DNA of 63,511 nt, filler included, from Octopus bimaculoides (taxonomy: Eukaryota), in NCBI RefSeq assembly GCF_001194135.2. It is 8 parts of 8 records of this genome, joined end to end, with 100 filler letters (N's around TTAATTAATTAA, not from the genome) between each part and the next. Parts side by side here need not be neighbours in the genome. Positions count along the whole stretch, not along the records: positions 1 to 8,334 come from NC_068995.1; positions 8,435 to 15,632 come from NC_068988.1; 6 more parts are not named here. One strand, written 5' to 3'. The notes beneath the pieces are model-generated. The model saw nothing but the letters and a program-made list of their open reading frames with translations, was not told the origin of the DNA and made no database searches. Numbering within the stretch: position 1 is the first letter of the stretch; every line of letters starts with the position of its first letter. This document shows positions 1-13,436 of the stretch, piece after piece. The translations under genes were made by a program, and so were the position numbers.

Positions 1-302
1 AAAAACAGAAACAATTCCTATCATAGTAGGTGCCTTAGGTATAATAAAAAAATACTCAGACAAATACATAACAAAAATACCAGGACTTACAAATATATAT
101 AACATACAGAAAATTGCACTACTGGGTACTGCACACATTCTACGCAAAACACTTTCAATACAGTAAACATAAAAGCACCACAGCAAACCACAGCACATAC
201 CCAAGGCGCACAGAGCTGTGCTCGGTAGTGAAGTGAAAGCACGTTATAAAAATAAAACTACTGAACAATAATAATAATAATAATAATAATGATAATAATA
301 AT
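1..302 (+). mobile_element. 3' end of RLE-type (R2/R4/NeSL group) non-LTR retrotransposon
   Basis: 2-166 encodes KTETIPIIVGALGIIKKYSDKYITKIPGLTNIYNIQKIALLGTAHILRKTLSIQ*, a typical RLE C-terminus; 3' UTR then (AAT)n at about 268-302. Confidence 0.85.
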
Positions 303-380
303 GCCGTCAAGCATTTTTCGCGGCGTTCTAACGACTCTGCCAGATCGCTGCGTTATCACTGCCTGAATAATGATGTTGAT

Positions 381-800
381 AAACGAAGGTCATAGATATT
401 GCCATACCTGAGGATGCAGGCGTAGATGATAAAGAGCTGGAAAAGATGGAGAATTACAGACTACTAAAAGAGGAAATTGTAAGAATATGGGCAGTGAGGA
501 GAGTAACTGTTACCCCAGCAGTTGTCGGGGCACTTGGAACAGTAAGAACCAGGTTCGAGAAATATGTTGGAGAAATTGGAATTAACATGAGGGCAGAGCA
601 GGTCCCCAAAAACTGCTCTATTAAGGAGAGCTAGGATTTTGAGATTGGTGCTTGGGTGTTGAGTGTCTTCCATGATAAGTTAACATCCAAGTGCCAAAGC
701 TTATAATTTGCGGAAAGAGACCCTTGTGAGACCTGTGACAACAGGTTGCTGTCCGCTGCCACAGAATCAACCGGAGTAAGGCTGAGAGCTCTGAGAATTA
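381..800 (+). mobile_element. 3' end of a second RLE-type LINE
   Basis: TKVIDIAIPED...KELEKMENYRLLKEEIVRIWAVRRVTVTPAVVGALGTV..., frameshift near 607, then KTALLRRARILRLVLGC*. Confidence 0.8.
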
Positions 801-802
801 AA

Positions 803-863
<61 letters not shown>

Positions 864-900
864 CGACGACGACGACGACGATGATGATGATGATGACGAT

Positions 901-934
<34 letters not shown>

Positions 935-988
935 GCAACAACAATAATAATAATGATAATAATAATAATGATAATAATAATAATGATA
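803..988. repeat. Compound trinucleotide microsatellite (GAT/GAC/AAC/AAT)
   Basis: Successive GAT, GAC, GAT, AAC and AAT runs directly after the LINE 3' end. Confidence 0.97.
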
Positions 989-2394
989 GAATGATTGCGA
1001 AAACAGCTAAGATATGTATAAACAAGGAATAAATCGGTCGAGACAAAACTATATTCAGTCAGTAGGGACCAGAAGGTAACTGAAACCAGGAGTTAAATTG
1101 AAGTATCAGATGTGAAGGGAGGGAAGGAGGTTCTTGATGCATAAGGAAGAGATTTTGGAAAAGCATTTAGGTTTTGGGGACAAGAAATGTATACAACGTG
1201 AAACTAAAAGACTGGATGCTAAAACAATATCAACACAAGAAAAGAGTTAAACTTCAAATTACGTTCCGTAAACAATGCTTTAGATTTGTCAACATGAAAC
1301 CATAAGGACCTGAAGTTGTTGTAGGACACTGGTTATTTCCCAGAGTTAGATAGCATCTTGGGTATTAAAGAACTGTTCCCTCCATGGATGACTTATGAGA
1401 AAAATCCCTCATGCTTAAAAAGCTCGGCAAAAGGAAACGCAATCGATAAATATTCCCCAGCATCGTGTCTTCTATTTATAAGGGAACTAGCTGAATAGCC
1501 AATCGTTGCCATGCAATAGAATGTCATGTATAAATTCTTGTTTATTCCATGTCAGAGCATGCCTTCTCCGACAGATAGGCCTCTTAATCAGGACAAATTT
1601 GTGCAATTTTTCGTAAAAAACTTTATTGACGATTTTTTTCCTCTTCAAATATTTACATGTCTGTTCGATCGTTTTACATGACTTTATTCATTAAAACTTC
1701 AGAAGTTCTTACAACTTTGCTTGTCGTAATGCTTTGCTTTCGTTTGTTTAATAAAAATTCCTCCTCCTAATGATTTTGCTTTCATTTCGTGATAGAGAGC
1801 TATCATGCAGAAAATGTTTTCTATTTAGGTATATTTGATTAAACTTTAAACCTCAGTAACATTTTTCTGCAACTTTTCTGGAACAAATAAACAAACCAAT
1901 TCAGTGATGGTGCAGACGAATTGTGAAAACCGTATCATATGTAACTTTGTCTTAGGTGGTGGAATGTCAAAGACATAAAAGATTTCATCAGAAGCAAGTA
2001 TGAGAAAATGGAAGACTGAAGTGACAACGTCAGAGGGTCCGGGCTGGGGTTCGGGTTAATTGGAGAAGTTCAACTAAGAATTCTTCCAATTTGATAACAT
2101 GCAGTCGTCATTGTTTGTATTGTGGGTGATAGCGACGGACATGAGCTGGGTATAAATGAAAAGAGAAACAGTTTATAATCAACCCTCTTTTGTTCACAAA
2201 CGTGGAAAGCAAAGGCGGCGAAGTGCAGTTTGCCCCGGGTGACGCTCTTATGGAGACAGCACTTTTGGGTCTGATGTATAATTTTATATAGGCTTGGGGG
2301 CCTGGGTGGGCGAGGGCGACAAAATCAAGGGCTGCCCTGGATGGCTCACATTCTAGCTACTTCACAAGAGATTCTTGAGTTAAAACTGTTAATT

Positions 2395-3070
2395 AACTCA
2401 ACAACGACACAGGAATGGAATTCAGAATAAAGAAATGTAATTTTCTGATAATGAAAAGAAAGAAGATGATATCAGGTGATGGAATTGTGTTACCTGACGG
2501 TGAAGCACCGAAAGACATTCCTGAGAATGGATATAAGTTGTTAGGGGTATTAGACGTGGACAAGAAGGAGGAATTTGATAAAATAGACAAGATCAAGGAG
2601 CTAGAAATGAAAGAACTCTGTGGAAAAGAATATCAGAGAAAATTAAAATTGGAGATAAAGCGAAAATTAAATGGAAGAAACATGATATTAGCAATAAACA
2701 GATGGGTGTTATCAGGGATGAGGTGCGGAGTAGTGATGCTGATAAGGAATAAGGAAGTATTGCAGAACTCGAAAAGGAAGATAAGAAATTGTAAACAATT
2801 CTTGGAGTATTCCATTCGGAGAGTGACATTCAAAATAGAAGAATAGGTTGATCGGTTGCGAGGATATGGAAGAAAAGAAGAGAACAGTGTCGGCTGGTAT
2901 TTAGCTGATGGTTCCGAACCATTGTTGGTTGGTGTAAAAGTCAATGGAGTAATAGAGACTGCAGCGAAGCATTGGTAAGAACGATAATAAAACAACGAGA
3001 ATGGAAGAAAAAGAAACAATACTGGACAAGAATCGCAATGTTTGATGGACAGTTTGTCAGAGATGAAAGT
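2395..3070 (+). mobile_element. Degenerate RLE-type LINE, RT C-terminal/thumb fragment
   Basis: GMEFRIKKC...GIVLPDGE...YKLLGVL...KEYQRKLKLEIKRKLNGRNMILAINRW; homologous to 54200-54480. Confidence 0.7.
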
Positions 3071-3071
3071 A

Positions 3072-3187
3072 GCTGGCTTTGTGCCTCGCTGGCCCCGTGC
3101 CTCGCTGGCTTTGTGCCTCGCTGGCCTTGTGCCTCGCTGGCTTTGTGCCTCGCTGGCTTTGTGCCTCGCTGGCCTTGTGCCTCGCTG
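3072..3187. repeat. 16-bp minisatellite, 7 copies (GCTGGCYYYGTGCCTC)
   Basis: Units start at 3072, 3088, 3104, 3120, 3136, 3152 and 3168, with no spacers. Confidence 0.95.
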
Positions 3188-3380
3188 AGGTTGGCACTCT
3201 ATTTCATAGTTTCAGGATTGGTAAAAGAAGTACCATTCAAGCACTGAGGATCGATGTTATCGACTTCCCTCTCCCCTCCAAAAATTCAGGCTCTGTGCCA
3301 GAATTTGAAATCATTATTATTAGTGTTGTTGGTGTAATTATTGTTGCTGTAATTACTGTTGTTGTTGTTGTTGTTGTTGC

Positions 3381-3413
<33 letters not shown>

Positions 3414-3415
3414 AT
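3184..3415 (+). mobile_element. Degenerate 5'-truncated SINE of the family seen at 34864, with (GTT/ATT)n tail
   Basis: gctgaggttggcac...tttcat...aagtacc...gcactgaggatcgatgttatcgactt...gtgccagaatttgaaatc resembles the intact copies. Confidence 0.55.
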
Positions 3416-3714
3416 AGAAACGCACGAGTGAATGAGTGAATTATGACGTGGGTCTGTCATCCTGCTAGAAATAGCAGCCAAATCTCTTTCACATCACGAA
3501 TCATCGTCTTAGAAAAGGATGCGTTTTAGGGAATGGAATCGTGAGTCCCATTACACTTTGAGGAAAAAAAGATGGGGACAGGAATGATCTTGATCCTACA
3601 CAATGAAGCCTGACCTGGGGGCTAAACGACAACAAGAACATCAACAACTATCGCAATGACAACGTCAACGATGACAAAAAAAAAACAACAATAGCAACGA
3701 CGATGACGATGATT

Positions 3715-3757
<43 letters not shown>

Positions 3758-4154
3758 CGATGACGATGACAACGACGAAGGCGACAACAACAGCAACATC
3801 AACAACAACGGCTCGTTCGGTCTCATTCCGAAACCTGTTGAATATTGATTAAATAAGATCCAATTGCTTTTTGATGTGATTAATCCTAGACCCATTTCGC
3901 TTGAGGTCTTCGGCAAAGAAAAGATAGGAGAAGCTTCTAGATTGAAGGTATCCATTTCTGTAAACGCCATGTTCTGTGAACAGGTATAACAATGGATTTA
4001 GACGAGAACAAAGAGCTGTAAGGACAAGCTATCGCTCGGCAGGAAGTCTTTTTTGATAAATATACTATGTCACATTTAATTGGTTTACTCTCACCTCTTA
4101 GGAGTGAGGGGTGGTGTATCATGTCATCTTGGTTAAGCGTTGAATAGCAGTTAC

Positions 4155-4195
<41 letters not shown>

Positions 4196-4384
4196 GCATA
4201 TGTATGTGTATCTGTACGTATATGCGTATATGTATGTATGTGTGTGTGTGTGCGTGCGTGTGTTTTCCTTTGAGATTTATTTAAGTTCTAAAGAGAGTTC
4301 AAGCCGGTCGCTAACAAAGCGACAAGAATTTTTTTTCGAGTGGAGAGAGTTCCTGATGTTTGTGGTTGAGTCAGTGTGTTAGTT

Positions 4385-4715
4385 GAATTATCGATGCACA
4401 CAACAGATTCAATTAAAGAATCTCAGATGGACAGTCTTTGGAATGTCTTACAAATCTTCACTGTGCCGACAATAGATTGGATTTGGAGATTGCGTGTCGG
4501 TTTCTTTTGCTCTTACTTCGAAAAAACTTCTAGGTTTTTGCATTAAATCTGTTGATTCATAGCCTAATGCTCCTATGATGAGAGGTTCCAATGAAATTTT
4601 ATAGTGAGGATACAAAAGCTGTAAGTTAAGCATTAATTCACCAACAGTACATGACTTTTGTTCCCTGTCCCTCGGAACAATATCAGGTCCGAATGTTCAC
4701 TAGAAGACCAGTGTT
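4385..4715 (-). mobile_element. RLE-type LINE 3' fragment (different subfamily)
   Basis: Minus strand PDIVPRDREQKSCTVGE, then LYPHYKISLEPLIIGALGY... and LQIQSIVGTVKIC; 3' UTR motif aatctgttgtgtgcat is shared with the copy ending near 55610. Confidence 0.6.
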
Positions 4716-5129
4716 GTTCAGGACGAGGCATGCCAGTGGAAGAAAACGAGGTCGGTTTTTCCGGAACGAGGTAAACAGTTGAACGATGAGAACGAGGCTG
4801 TTGGCTCACAGTTCAGTAAGAAGCTGCCATGATGTTTGAAAAATAAGCTAACATTACATCAGGTAAAAGGAATTTTCAATTCTGAAGCAACAGAATATCT
4901 AATTACACAGCAAGCTGAAATATCTAAGATCTGCCATTACCCTACATCGTCGTTCACTCACCGTACACTGCCCTCATCCCACCAAAATCCTGTTCTCCAT
5001 CAACTCCACCCACCCCCACCGAACTTCATACAGAAAGAAAACTAAGGGAAATCACAAACCCCCATTTTTTTCTTCTTATGCAGTATTAATTACTCAGTTA
5101 AATGAGGGGAACATTTCTTGGATAGCACC

Positions 5130-6333
5130 ATTTCTTAATTCCTAATTTAAAATATGTGTCTCTCAGATTGTGTTTATGTCAGTGGTGCTGTAATGCGTGC
5201 GCGCGCGTGCGTGTATGGGTGTTCGTATGTGTGTATATGTATACGTGTATATATGTATGTAAATACGTATGGTGTGTATGAATGTATATTTGTATGTATG
5301 TATACATGTATGACTGTATGCATATCTGTGTATGTGTGGTTGTGTGTAAACATGTATGTGTTTATGAATGTATGCATACTTGCATATATGAATATATTTG
5401 TGTGTGTGTATGTATATGTGTGTGCGTGCATGTGCGGACGTAGATATGTATATGTGTTTGTAAATACACATAAGCATACATACAGGCATAGAGAGATACC
5501 TACATACATATATAGAGACATACATACANNNNNNNNNNNNNNNNNNNNNNNNNNNNNNNNNNNNNNNNNNNNNNNNNNNNNNNNNNNNNNNNNNATTCTT
5601 TCATGCTTGTAAGTGTGTATGTACTAATGCATGTGTGTATGTGTGCGTGTGTGCGTGTTTGTGCATGTGTATGTATATGTGTGTGCGTGCATGTGCGGAC
5701 GTAGATATGTATATGTGTTTGTAAATACACATAAGCATACATACAGGCATAGAGAGATACCTACATACATATATAGAGACATACATACATACATACACAT
5801 ATAGAGACATACATACAAACATACATACATACACATATATGCACACATAACTGTGCGTGTTTGTGAATCTGTAAGGGTCTTTATATTTTAAATACATACA
5901 TACATACATACATACATACATGTGTGTATGTGTGTGTGTGTGTATCATATATTTCAACAAGTTCGGACGCCCACCCCCTTCGCCGCTACCCCCTTCGCCG
6001 CTACCCCCTTACAAATATAATTAATATATAACATTTATTTTAATTTTGTGTTCTTCACTAATTAGACGGCTAATGGTGGTCTACATTTTTATAATTGACA
6101 CCCACCCGCTCGAAACCTTGCCGACGCCCTTGTCTATGGTATCCATCCATGCATACATTACACACACACACACACGCACAACATATACGTATGTAGTACA
6201 TACATATACATACACACACCAAACACAGACTTATGTATATATGTGTGTATATAGACACAGTATCCGTCCATACATACACACTCACTACACATATACATAC
6301 ATACATACTACACACACGCACACGCACACACAC

Positions 6334-6384
<51 letters not shown>

Positions 6385-6400
6385 AACACACACACACGCA
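5130..6400. repeat. Degenerate (CA/TA/CATA)n low-complexity block with a 122-bp duplication across the gap
   Basis: 5407-5528 and 5668-5789 match on either side of the N run 5529-5594. Confidence 0.9.
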
Positions 6401-7900
6401 CAAACATAATTTCCTGGAGTGTTAAATTAGCACAAGATGCACGTTTTGTTCGCCGCACGTAGAGACATTGGCATGTAGATTTTCCCACTGGTCATTGTAT
6501 GGTGCAATACCAATATGGTATAGCACTTAACTGCTAACAGTCCAGTCCACGCCATCTAGTTGTATGTCGGTGTCACAGTGTTCTCTAGTTCACCGTACTG
6601 TATCGATGACCAGAACACACCTATTCTACAATGTACAACCACACCATCGAAATAATGCATGATCAATTCAAAAAAATATGAACAAATAAGGATTACATTT
6701 GACAGAGTAATCTGAATGCTTAAGGGGTTATGAGCCAAGGGCTCGAGAAGGACCCATCATCTTTTTTCGATGCATGTATGAATGTATGTGTGTGTGTTGT
6801 TAGTTTTATATTCCGCATATCCCCGATTGTTCAGACGGCAACGTGTAGCATTGCTACGTAATGTTTCTTTGTCGAAGATGGTATCAGGGTTTAACTATTT
6901 AATTGGCTCAAACAGATTACGTGAGTCGTTCGTAAAGTGTGGGGTTGGGGGTAAACTAAGAAGACATTTTTTTAAAACAAATCTTATAATTATAGAATTA
7001 ATGAAAACAAAATAATAAATTAGTAACAATATTAATTAACAAAAATATACAACATTAATAATAATGGTACCCGTAGAAATAATCTTTAAATCTTTAAAAT
7101 TAGATAAAATCCTAACCCTAAATGCATTTTCATATTTAATCTAATCCGTATCTATAAGAGAGATAGACTTCACAGTTTTAATCATATAAACTAGATTTAG
7201 ATTTAAAACTACTTTTTGGAAAACATCGTTTATAGAATGTATTTTAAGTTGAACACCTTTATCTTAAATATTTTGAATTATTCTTAATATCTCTAAATCA
7301 TTTTATCAGTTTAGCGCCTTACCAGCTTTGCTTTTATCCATCATTCGCTTGCGAATTTCCTTTTGACATTTGCCAATGTTTCACCGTTTCCGTCCGCATC
7401 GTTTCTCTCCGTCATTTTCCCCCTCGTTCTTCACATGTCTATCATCCGTCGCCTGTCGTATATGAGTTATCCAACGAAAACTCACATATCTCCAATCTTC
7501 AACCCCTTCCTCAATCCTCGTTGATAATCCACCTCCCCTCCCCTCCCTTTGCCACTCTTTCCCCCTCTTCCTCCCCCTCTCCAACCACTTCTATATCATC
7601 GCTTTCAGCCATCTTTGAGGCGTATTTTGCATCATTTATATACAATTAGATAATCTTTGTTGGAATTGGATGAAGCAACTCTAAATTATCTTAATCTTAA
7701 GTTTTCAAAAAGTTAAAGGGATTTCAATTGTCTTAAGACACACACACACAACTACATACACACATGCACACATATTCCTATGTTAATCTGTAGGTTAAAA
7801 TTTACACGTGTATGTACGTGTATCTTTAGATGTAAGTACACTAATGAGTGTGCGTATATATACATACGTATAATACATATACACATAAGTAAATATACGT

Positions 7901-7931
<31 letters not shown>

Positions 7932-7984
7932 CACAAGCATACAAACGATAGCGTGTATTATATATATGCATACGTATATGTGTG

Positions 7985-8042
<58 letters not shown>

Positions 8043-8295
8043 ATAGAAGCTATCAAATGCCTGTAGAAAAGGTAACCTTCCTTCCAGAAATGTCAACACG
8101 ATATACATACCCACACATTTAACCACACACATATACATTCATGCATGCATACAGACATACATACATACATATTTATTTACACAATATATATGTATGTATA
8201 TGTACATACATATGCAGTTATATGTATATGTATATGTGTGTATATGTATTTATATGTATCTATATATGTATGTATATATAAAGATATATATATGA

Positions 8296-8334
<39 letters not shown>

Positions 8335-8434
8335 NNNNNNNNNNNNNNNNNNNNNNNNNNNNNNNNNNNNNNNNNNNNTTAATTAATTAANNNNNNNNNN
8401 NNNNNNNNNNNNNNNNNNNNNNNNNNNNNNNNNN
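8335..8434. other. Artificial 100-bp contig spacer N44-TTAATTAATTAA-N44 (also 15633, 19677, 33288, 44358, 56560, 62083)
   Basis: Identical 12-mer with stops in all six frames at 8379, 15677, 19721, 33332, 44402, 56604 and 62127, each centred in N runs. Confidence 0.97.
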
Positions 8435-8682
8435 GCATTATCCTGCGTTTGAGAATAGAATTATTTCCTTATCTGTGTGTCCGGCATTCGCCATGATAGA
8501 TCGCTGATCACTACACATATATACTTTTTTTCTCTCCTTGTTTCTTTCTGTGTTCCTTTCTGTTGAAGAGCGTAGGCTCGAAGCGTTAAAGACTTTCTCT
8601 ATTCCCGAGCGTTATACTAACACATCCATTTGTTGTTTACACCACCTGTCTTCGTCTGTTGTTTTTTCGTGAATTCTCCCAT
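8435..8682 (+). mobile_element. Probable Penelope-like pseudo-LTR fragment with degenerate hammerhead-like motif
   Basis: CTGTTGAAGAGC-GTAG-GCTCGAAGCG at 8560-8585 has the layout CTGANGA-stem II-GAAA with two core changes. Confidence 0.4.
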
Positions 8683-8702
8683 ACATATATATATATATAT
8701 GC

Positions 8703-9000
8703 TGCAACAGCTTGGGCTTCAAGGGCCCACAGCTCTTTAATATCCTTCCAAAATGCCTGAGAGACCTGCATGGTGTGGATGTAAGTGTCTTTAAAACAAA
8801 ACTGGATCTCTTCCTGTTACGGTTTCCAGAAGAGCCTACCTCACGGCAGGAAACACAGATGAGGGTAGCAGCATCAAACTCCCTCATTGACCGAATGCCA
8901 CATATTAGAGAAGGTTCCAAATAATGGTGTAACTCAGTCAATGGTGGTGCTCCAGCATGACCGCAGTTTTGCAGCTGAAGCATTTTTGAAAATGAAAAAT
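8703..9000 (+). mobile_element. CR1/L2-group LINE 3' end
   Basis: SLGFKGPQLFNILPKCLRDLHGVDVSVFKTKLDLFLLRFPEEP...RVAASNSLID, followed by a 3' UTR ggtggtgctccagcatgaccgcag. Confidence 0.75.
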
Positions 9001-9001
9001 C

Positions 9002-9047
<46 letters not shown>

Positions 9048-10259
9048 NNNNNNNNNNNNNNNNNNNNNNNNNNNNNNNNNNNNNNNNNNNNNNNNNNNNN
9101 NNNNNNNNNNNNNNNNNNNNNNNNNNNNNNNNNNNNNNNNNNNNNNNNNNNNNNNNNNNNNNNNNNNNNNNNNNNNNNNNNNNNNNNNNNNNNNNNNNNN
9201 NNNNNNNNNNNNNNNNNNNNNNNNNNNNNNNNNNNNNNNNNNNNNNNNNNNNNNNNNNNNNNNNNNNNNNNNNNNNNNNNNNNNNNNNNNNNNNNNNNNN
9301 NNNNNNNNNNNNNNNNNNNNNNNNNNNNNNNNNNNNNNNNNNNNNNNNNNNNNNNNNNNNNNNNNNNNNNNNNNNNNNNNNNNNNNNNNNNNNNNNNNNN
9401 NNNNNNNNNNNNNNNNNNNNNNNNNNNNNNNNNNNNNNNNNNNNNNNNNNNNNNNNNNNNNNNNNNNNNNNNNNNNNNNATATATACATATATATGCAAA
9501 AATATACGTACATGCATGAGGGTATGTTTGTTTATACCGAGACTTCTTGTCATCTAATTTAAAACTTCGTGCTTTTACTAAGCTGTTCTCAAACTAATAT
9601 TTATGTTATTCTTAAGTTATTGTTTGGGATAATTTTGATATTTTTTCCCAACGATTTTTATCTATACCATCGCTTGTTCCTCTTGTATTTATTATCATTT
9701 GAACAAAGAATATTAGGAACAAATATACACATACATCTATGTGTGTGTATCCTTTATATATATATATGTATACATGCATGGGTATAGTGCCTTTGCAGTC
9801 GATATTTTCTTTGTAATGCATTAATAGTCTGTTTTGAGGCTATTAATGTAAGACAAAAGACCACACGTGTCGAGAATGATGAGTGTTTGTATTCTGAATG
9901 TGTTGTGAATGTTTTTAATAGCAAAAAAATTTCTGAGTTTCTAGAGAAAATACACATTTCACAGTTTGTCGTTTGAGGAATCTGAAACTAAGTGACAACA
10001 TTTTGTAAATGATTGTGTATGTGTATGTGTGTGTATGTGTGTGTATGCGCGTGCGTGGGTATATGCAAATATGTGTGTGTGTCTGTGTATGCGTGCGTGA
10101 AACAATGTATATATATATATTTGTATATATAATGTGTATGTATATATACACACACACACACACACACAAACAGACCTATACGCAATTTTGTATACACAGA
10201 TATACATACATGCAGACAGAAATATACGCAATTTTGTACGCACAGATATACACCCACAC

Positions 10260-10297
<38 letters not shown>

Positions 10298-10460
10298 GTG
10301 TGTGTATATGCTTGGATCTCTCTCTCTGTATAAATATATGTATATGCATGTATATATGTGTGTGTGTGTGTGTATGCGTGTGTGTGTATGTTTGCGTGCA
10401 TGCATATACATATACAATATACACACTCATACACCTCGCTCTCTCTCTCTCTCTCTCTTT

Positions 10461-10505
<45 letters not shown>

Positions 10506-10929
10506 CGTGCTTTGACTGGAAGTAAAATGTCTCTTTGAAACGATGTATCTGTTTTGACACCAAGAAGGTATTCTGGCTGTCATCAGTGCCTCTTAGTTGA
10601 TGGGACAAGAGACCAGCTTTTTTAAATACATGTGTGTGCGTGTGTGTTCATGTGTGTGTGTGCGTGTGCGCGAGCGCGCGTCTGAGTGTCTATGTGTGTG
10701 TATCTCCAGTGCCAAAAAAGTACCGAATGTCCAGCATATGAGTGTGTGTGTGTGTATAAATGAACATGTACAATTTATATATATCAACATATAACCCGAT
10801 GTCAACGACTTATACGCCGACTTTATTGCATTCGCACTCATATAAATATGTAAATACACCTATGCACGCGCATGGGTGTATGTGCTTGCAGAAAGATGGA
10901 CAGACAGACAAGCAAACAGGCAGGCAGAA

Positions 10930-11240
<311 letters not shown>

Positions 11241-11771
11241 AGCTGACATCTGTAGAAGCTGGCTTTATACGACATCATAGTGTAGCGCGTGCCCAAGTAA
11301 AGACATCCATCAATCATTTCTTAATATGGCGCTCCATAATTTCCCTGGTGAAACATAGACATGTGTTTCTACGCGTGTGTACTACAACGCGTGTGTGTGA
11401 ATGTGCATGCGTGTGTGAGTGTGTGTGTTTGTGTGTATGCGTGTGTGTGTGTATGTGCGTATGTGTGTGTATGTGTGTGCATGTGTGTGTATGTCGGTGA
11501 TTGTGTGTGTTTGTGTGTAGGTGTGCGACGATAGTTATTTGTGTTGTTATATAAATGTGTATTGTATGGTCGTGAATGTTATGTGTGTGTGCGTGTGTGT
11601 GTGTATGTGTTTGTTTGTATGTGTGTGCGTGTGTGTGTGTGTGTGCGAGTGGGTGGTTATACCTCAGTCTATTCTGAATTATGCATTATAGTTCATGTTT
11701 AATGTTTGTACGTGCATTATGCAAATATGCATGTATGTATGTATGTATGTATGTATGGCTAATTGGCTAGT

Positions 11772-11818
<47 letters not shown>

Positions 11819-11969
11819 TTGAATGGCTGGACGGATGGATGAATGGATGGATGGATGGATACATGGCTGGATGCATATGTGTGTGTGTGCATATATCTAT
11901 GTGTGTGGTGTATCTGTGTAAATATATATATGTATGTATGCGTATATATATATACGCATATATATATAC

Positions 11970-12041
<72 letters not shown>

Positions 12042-12134
12042 GCACGTACATATATACGTATGTATGCATTTATGTATGTATGTGTGTATGTATGTATACG
12101 TACATACACTTGTATGTATATATGCATGTATATA

Positions 12135-12300
12135 CTGGACAAATTTCTTCAAGAGATACCGGATAAGCCACTTGAACCTGGCTACAACTCACTCGACAAG
12201 AACTCCCAACTTGAATGGGCCACAATACCACAAGACTTGACTTAAAAAGGATTTAGTAAATCCTATCAGGTGGTGCTGTTAAGTTAGACATGGCCAGGTC
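12135..12300 (+). mobile_element. Short CR1-group LINE 3' remnant
   Basis: [28 protein letters not shown] resembles the LDxFLxxxPDxP...NSL terminus at 8800-8890. Confidence 0.45.
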
Positions 12301-13170
12301 CAATCTTTGATCGAAACATATCTAAGTTTATCTTATCTATTCGGACAAACAGTTTAAATAACGTATTTTAATATGAAAAAATATATTTGGCGAGTTTGTA
12401 GTCATACGTACTGGCAAATATCACGACGTATATCTACAAAATGAAACTTGAAATTTTGGGAAAAATTTATGATGTGTGTCAGTGTGTATGTGTGTCTGCT
12501 CAACATTTATCTTTGCTCATCAAATTTCGATATAATCGTAATTTACACACTCTGTAAAAGTGTTTGTAGAAAATTCATTAAAAAAATATTCATTTTTCGG
12601 GAAGTTATGGGTAACAAAATCGAGGCGGGCGCAAACATGTGTAGGTATGCATATTTTGGTTTCAAAACTATTTCGAATTTGCACTCGTACACACGCGCGC
12701 TCATACATATACACGCATACATACGCACACAGATATATATATAACTGAAGACAACAGCCTAAGCTGCAGCACTCACATCAACTATGAAGTCAGCATGGCC
12801 TACGCAATGTGCTCTTCAATTCTTAGAACTATATGTATATATCTATATCTATGTATATATATTATACATATACACATATACATACATACGTATGCACATC
12901 CATCCATTCATACAGCCATCCGTCCATCCATCCACCCATCCATCCATACATACATACATACATACATACAAGCAAAGATGTTAATATATATAAATACATA
13001 CATGCATAATTTCTTCGTTGTTTTTATCAGCGGAAGTTACAAACTTACTCAGTTACCTACAGCTCCGGGCATGGCACTAATGATAACTGCTACACCTGGA
13101 ACCCTCGGCCCTTAAGGCAATTCCTAACTCTTACCGATTAAAATTTTTTAAAAATACAATAATATATATA

Positions 13171-13305
13171 GGCGCAGGAGTGGCTGTCTGGAAAGTAGCT
13201 TGCTTGCCAACCACATGGTTCTGGGTTCAGTCCCACCGCGTGGCACCTTGGACAAGTGTCTTTCTGCTATAACCTCGGGCCAACCAAAGCCTTATTGGTG
13301 GATTT
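13171..13305 (+). mobile_element. tRNA-derived CORE-like SINE (octopus OR-type), 5' half
   Basis: ggcgcaggagtggctg...ggttcagtccc (A/B-box-like), then ggcaccttggacaagtgtc (CORE-like). Confidence 0.85.
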
Positions 13306-13436
13306 GTTTATATATATATACAGAAATAAGGGCAGGGAGTCGTCAGTTAGTAATAGAATTAATAATTAACAATTTTGCCAAGTAGTTCAGTATGAAAAAA
13401 CATTTATCGGTAAAACCATTTATAATCATAAATATA

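Noticed and set aside
746-1046. Poly-Met/Thr/Ile and poly-Leu/Ser ORFs
   Set aside because: Translations of a compound trinucleotide microsatellite.
3072-3187. CRISPR-like array (also 52088-52198)
   Set aside because: Contiguous repeats without unique spacers, in eukaryotic DNA with no cas genes.
5407-5789. Biological 122-bp tandem duplication
   Set aside because: Matching copies directly flank an N gap, typical of unmerged contig overlap.
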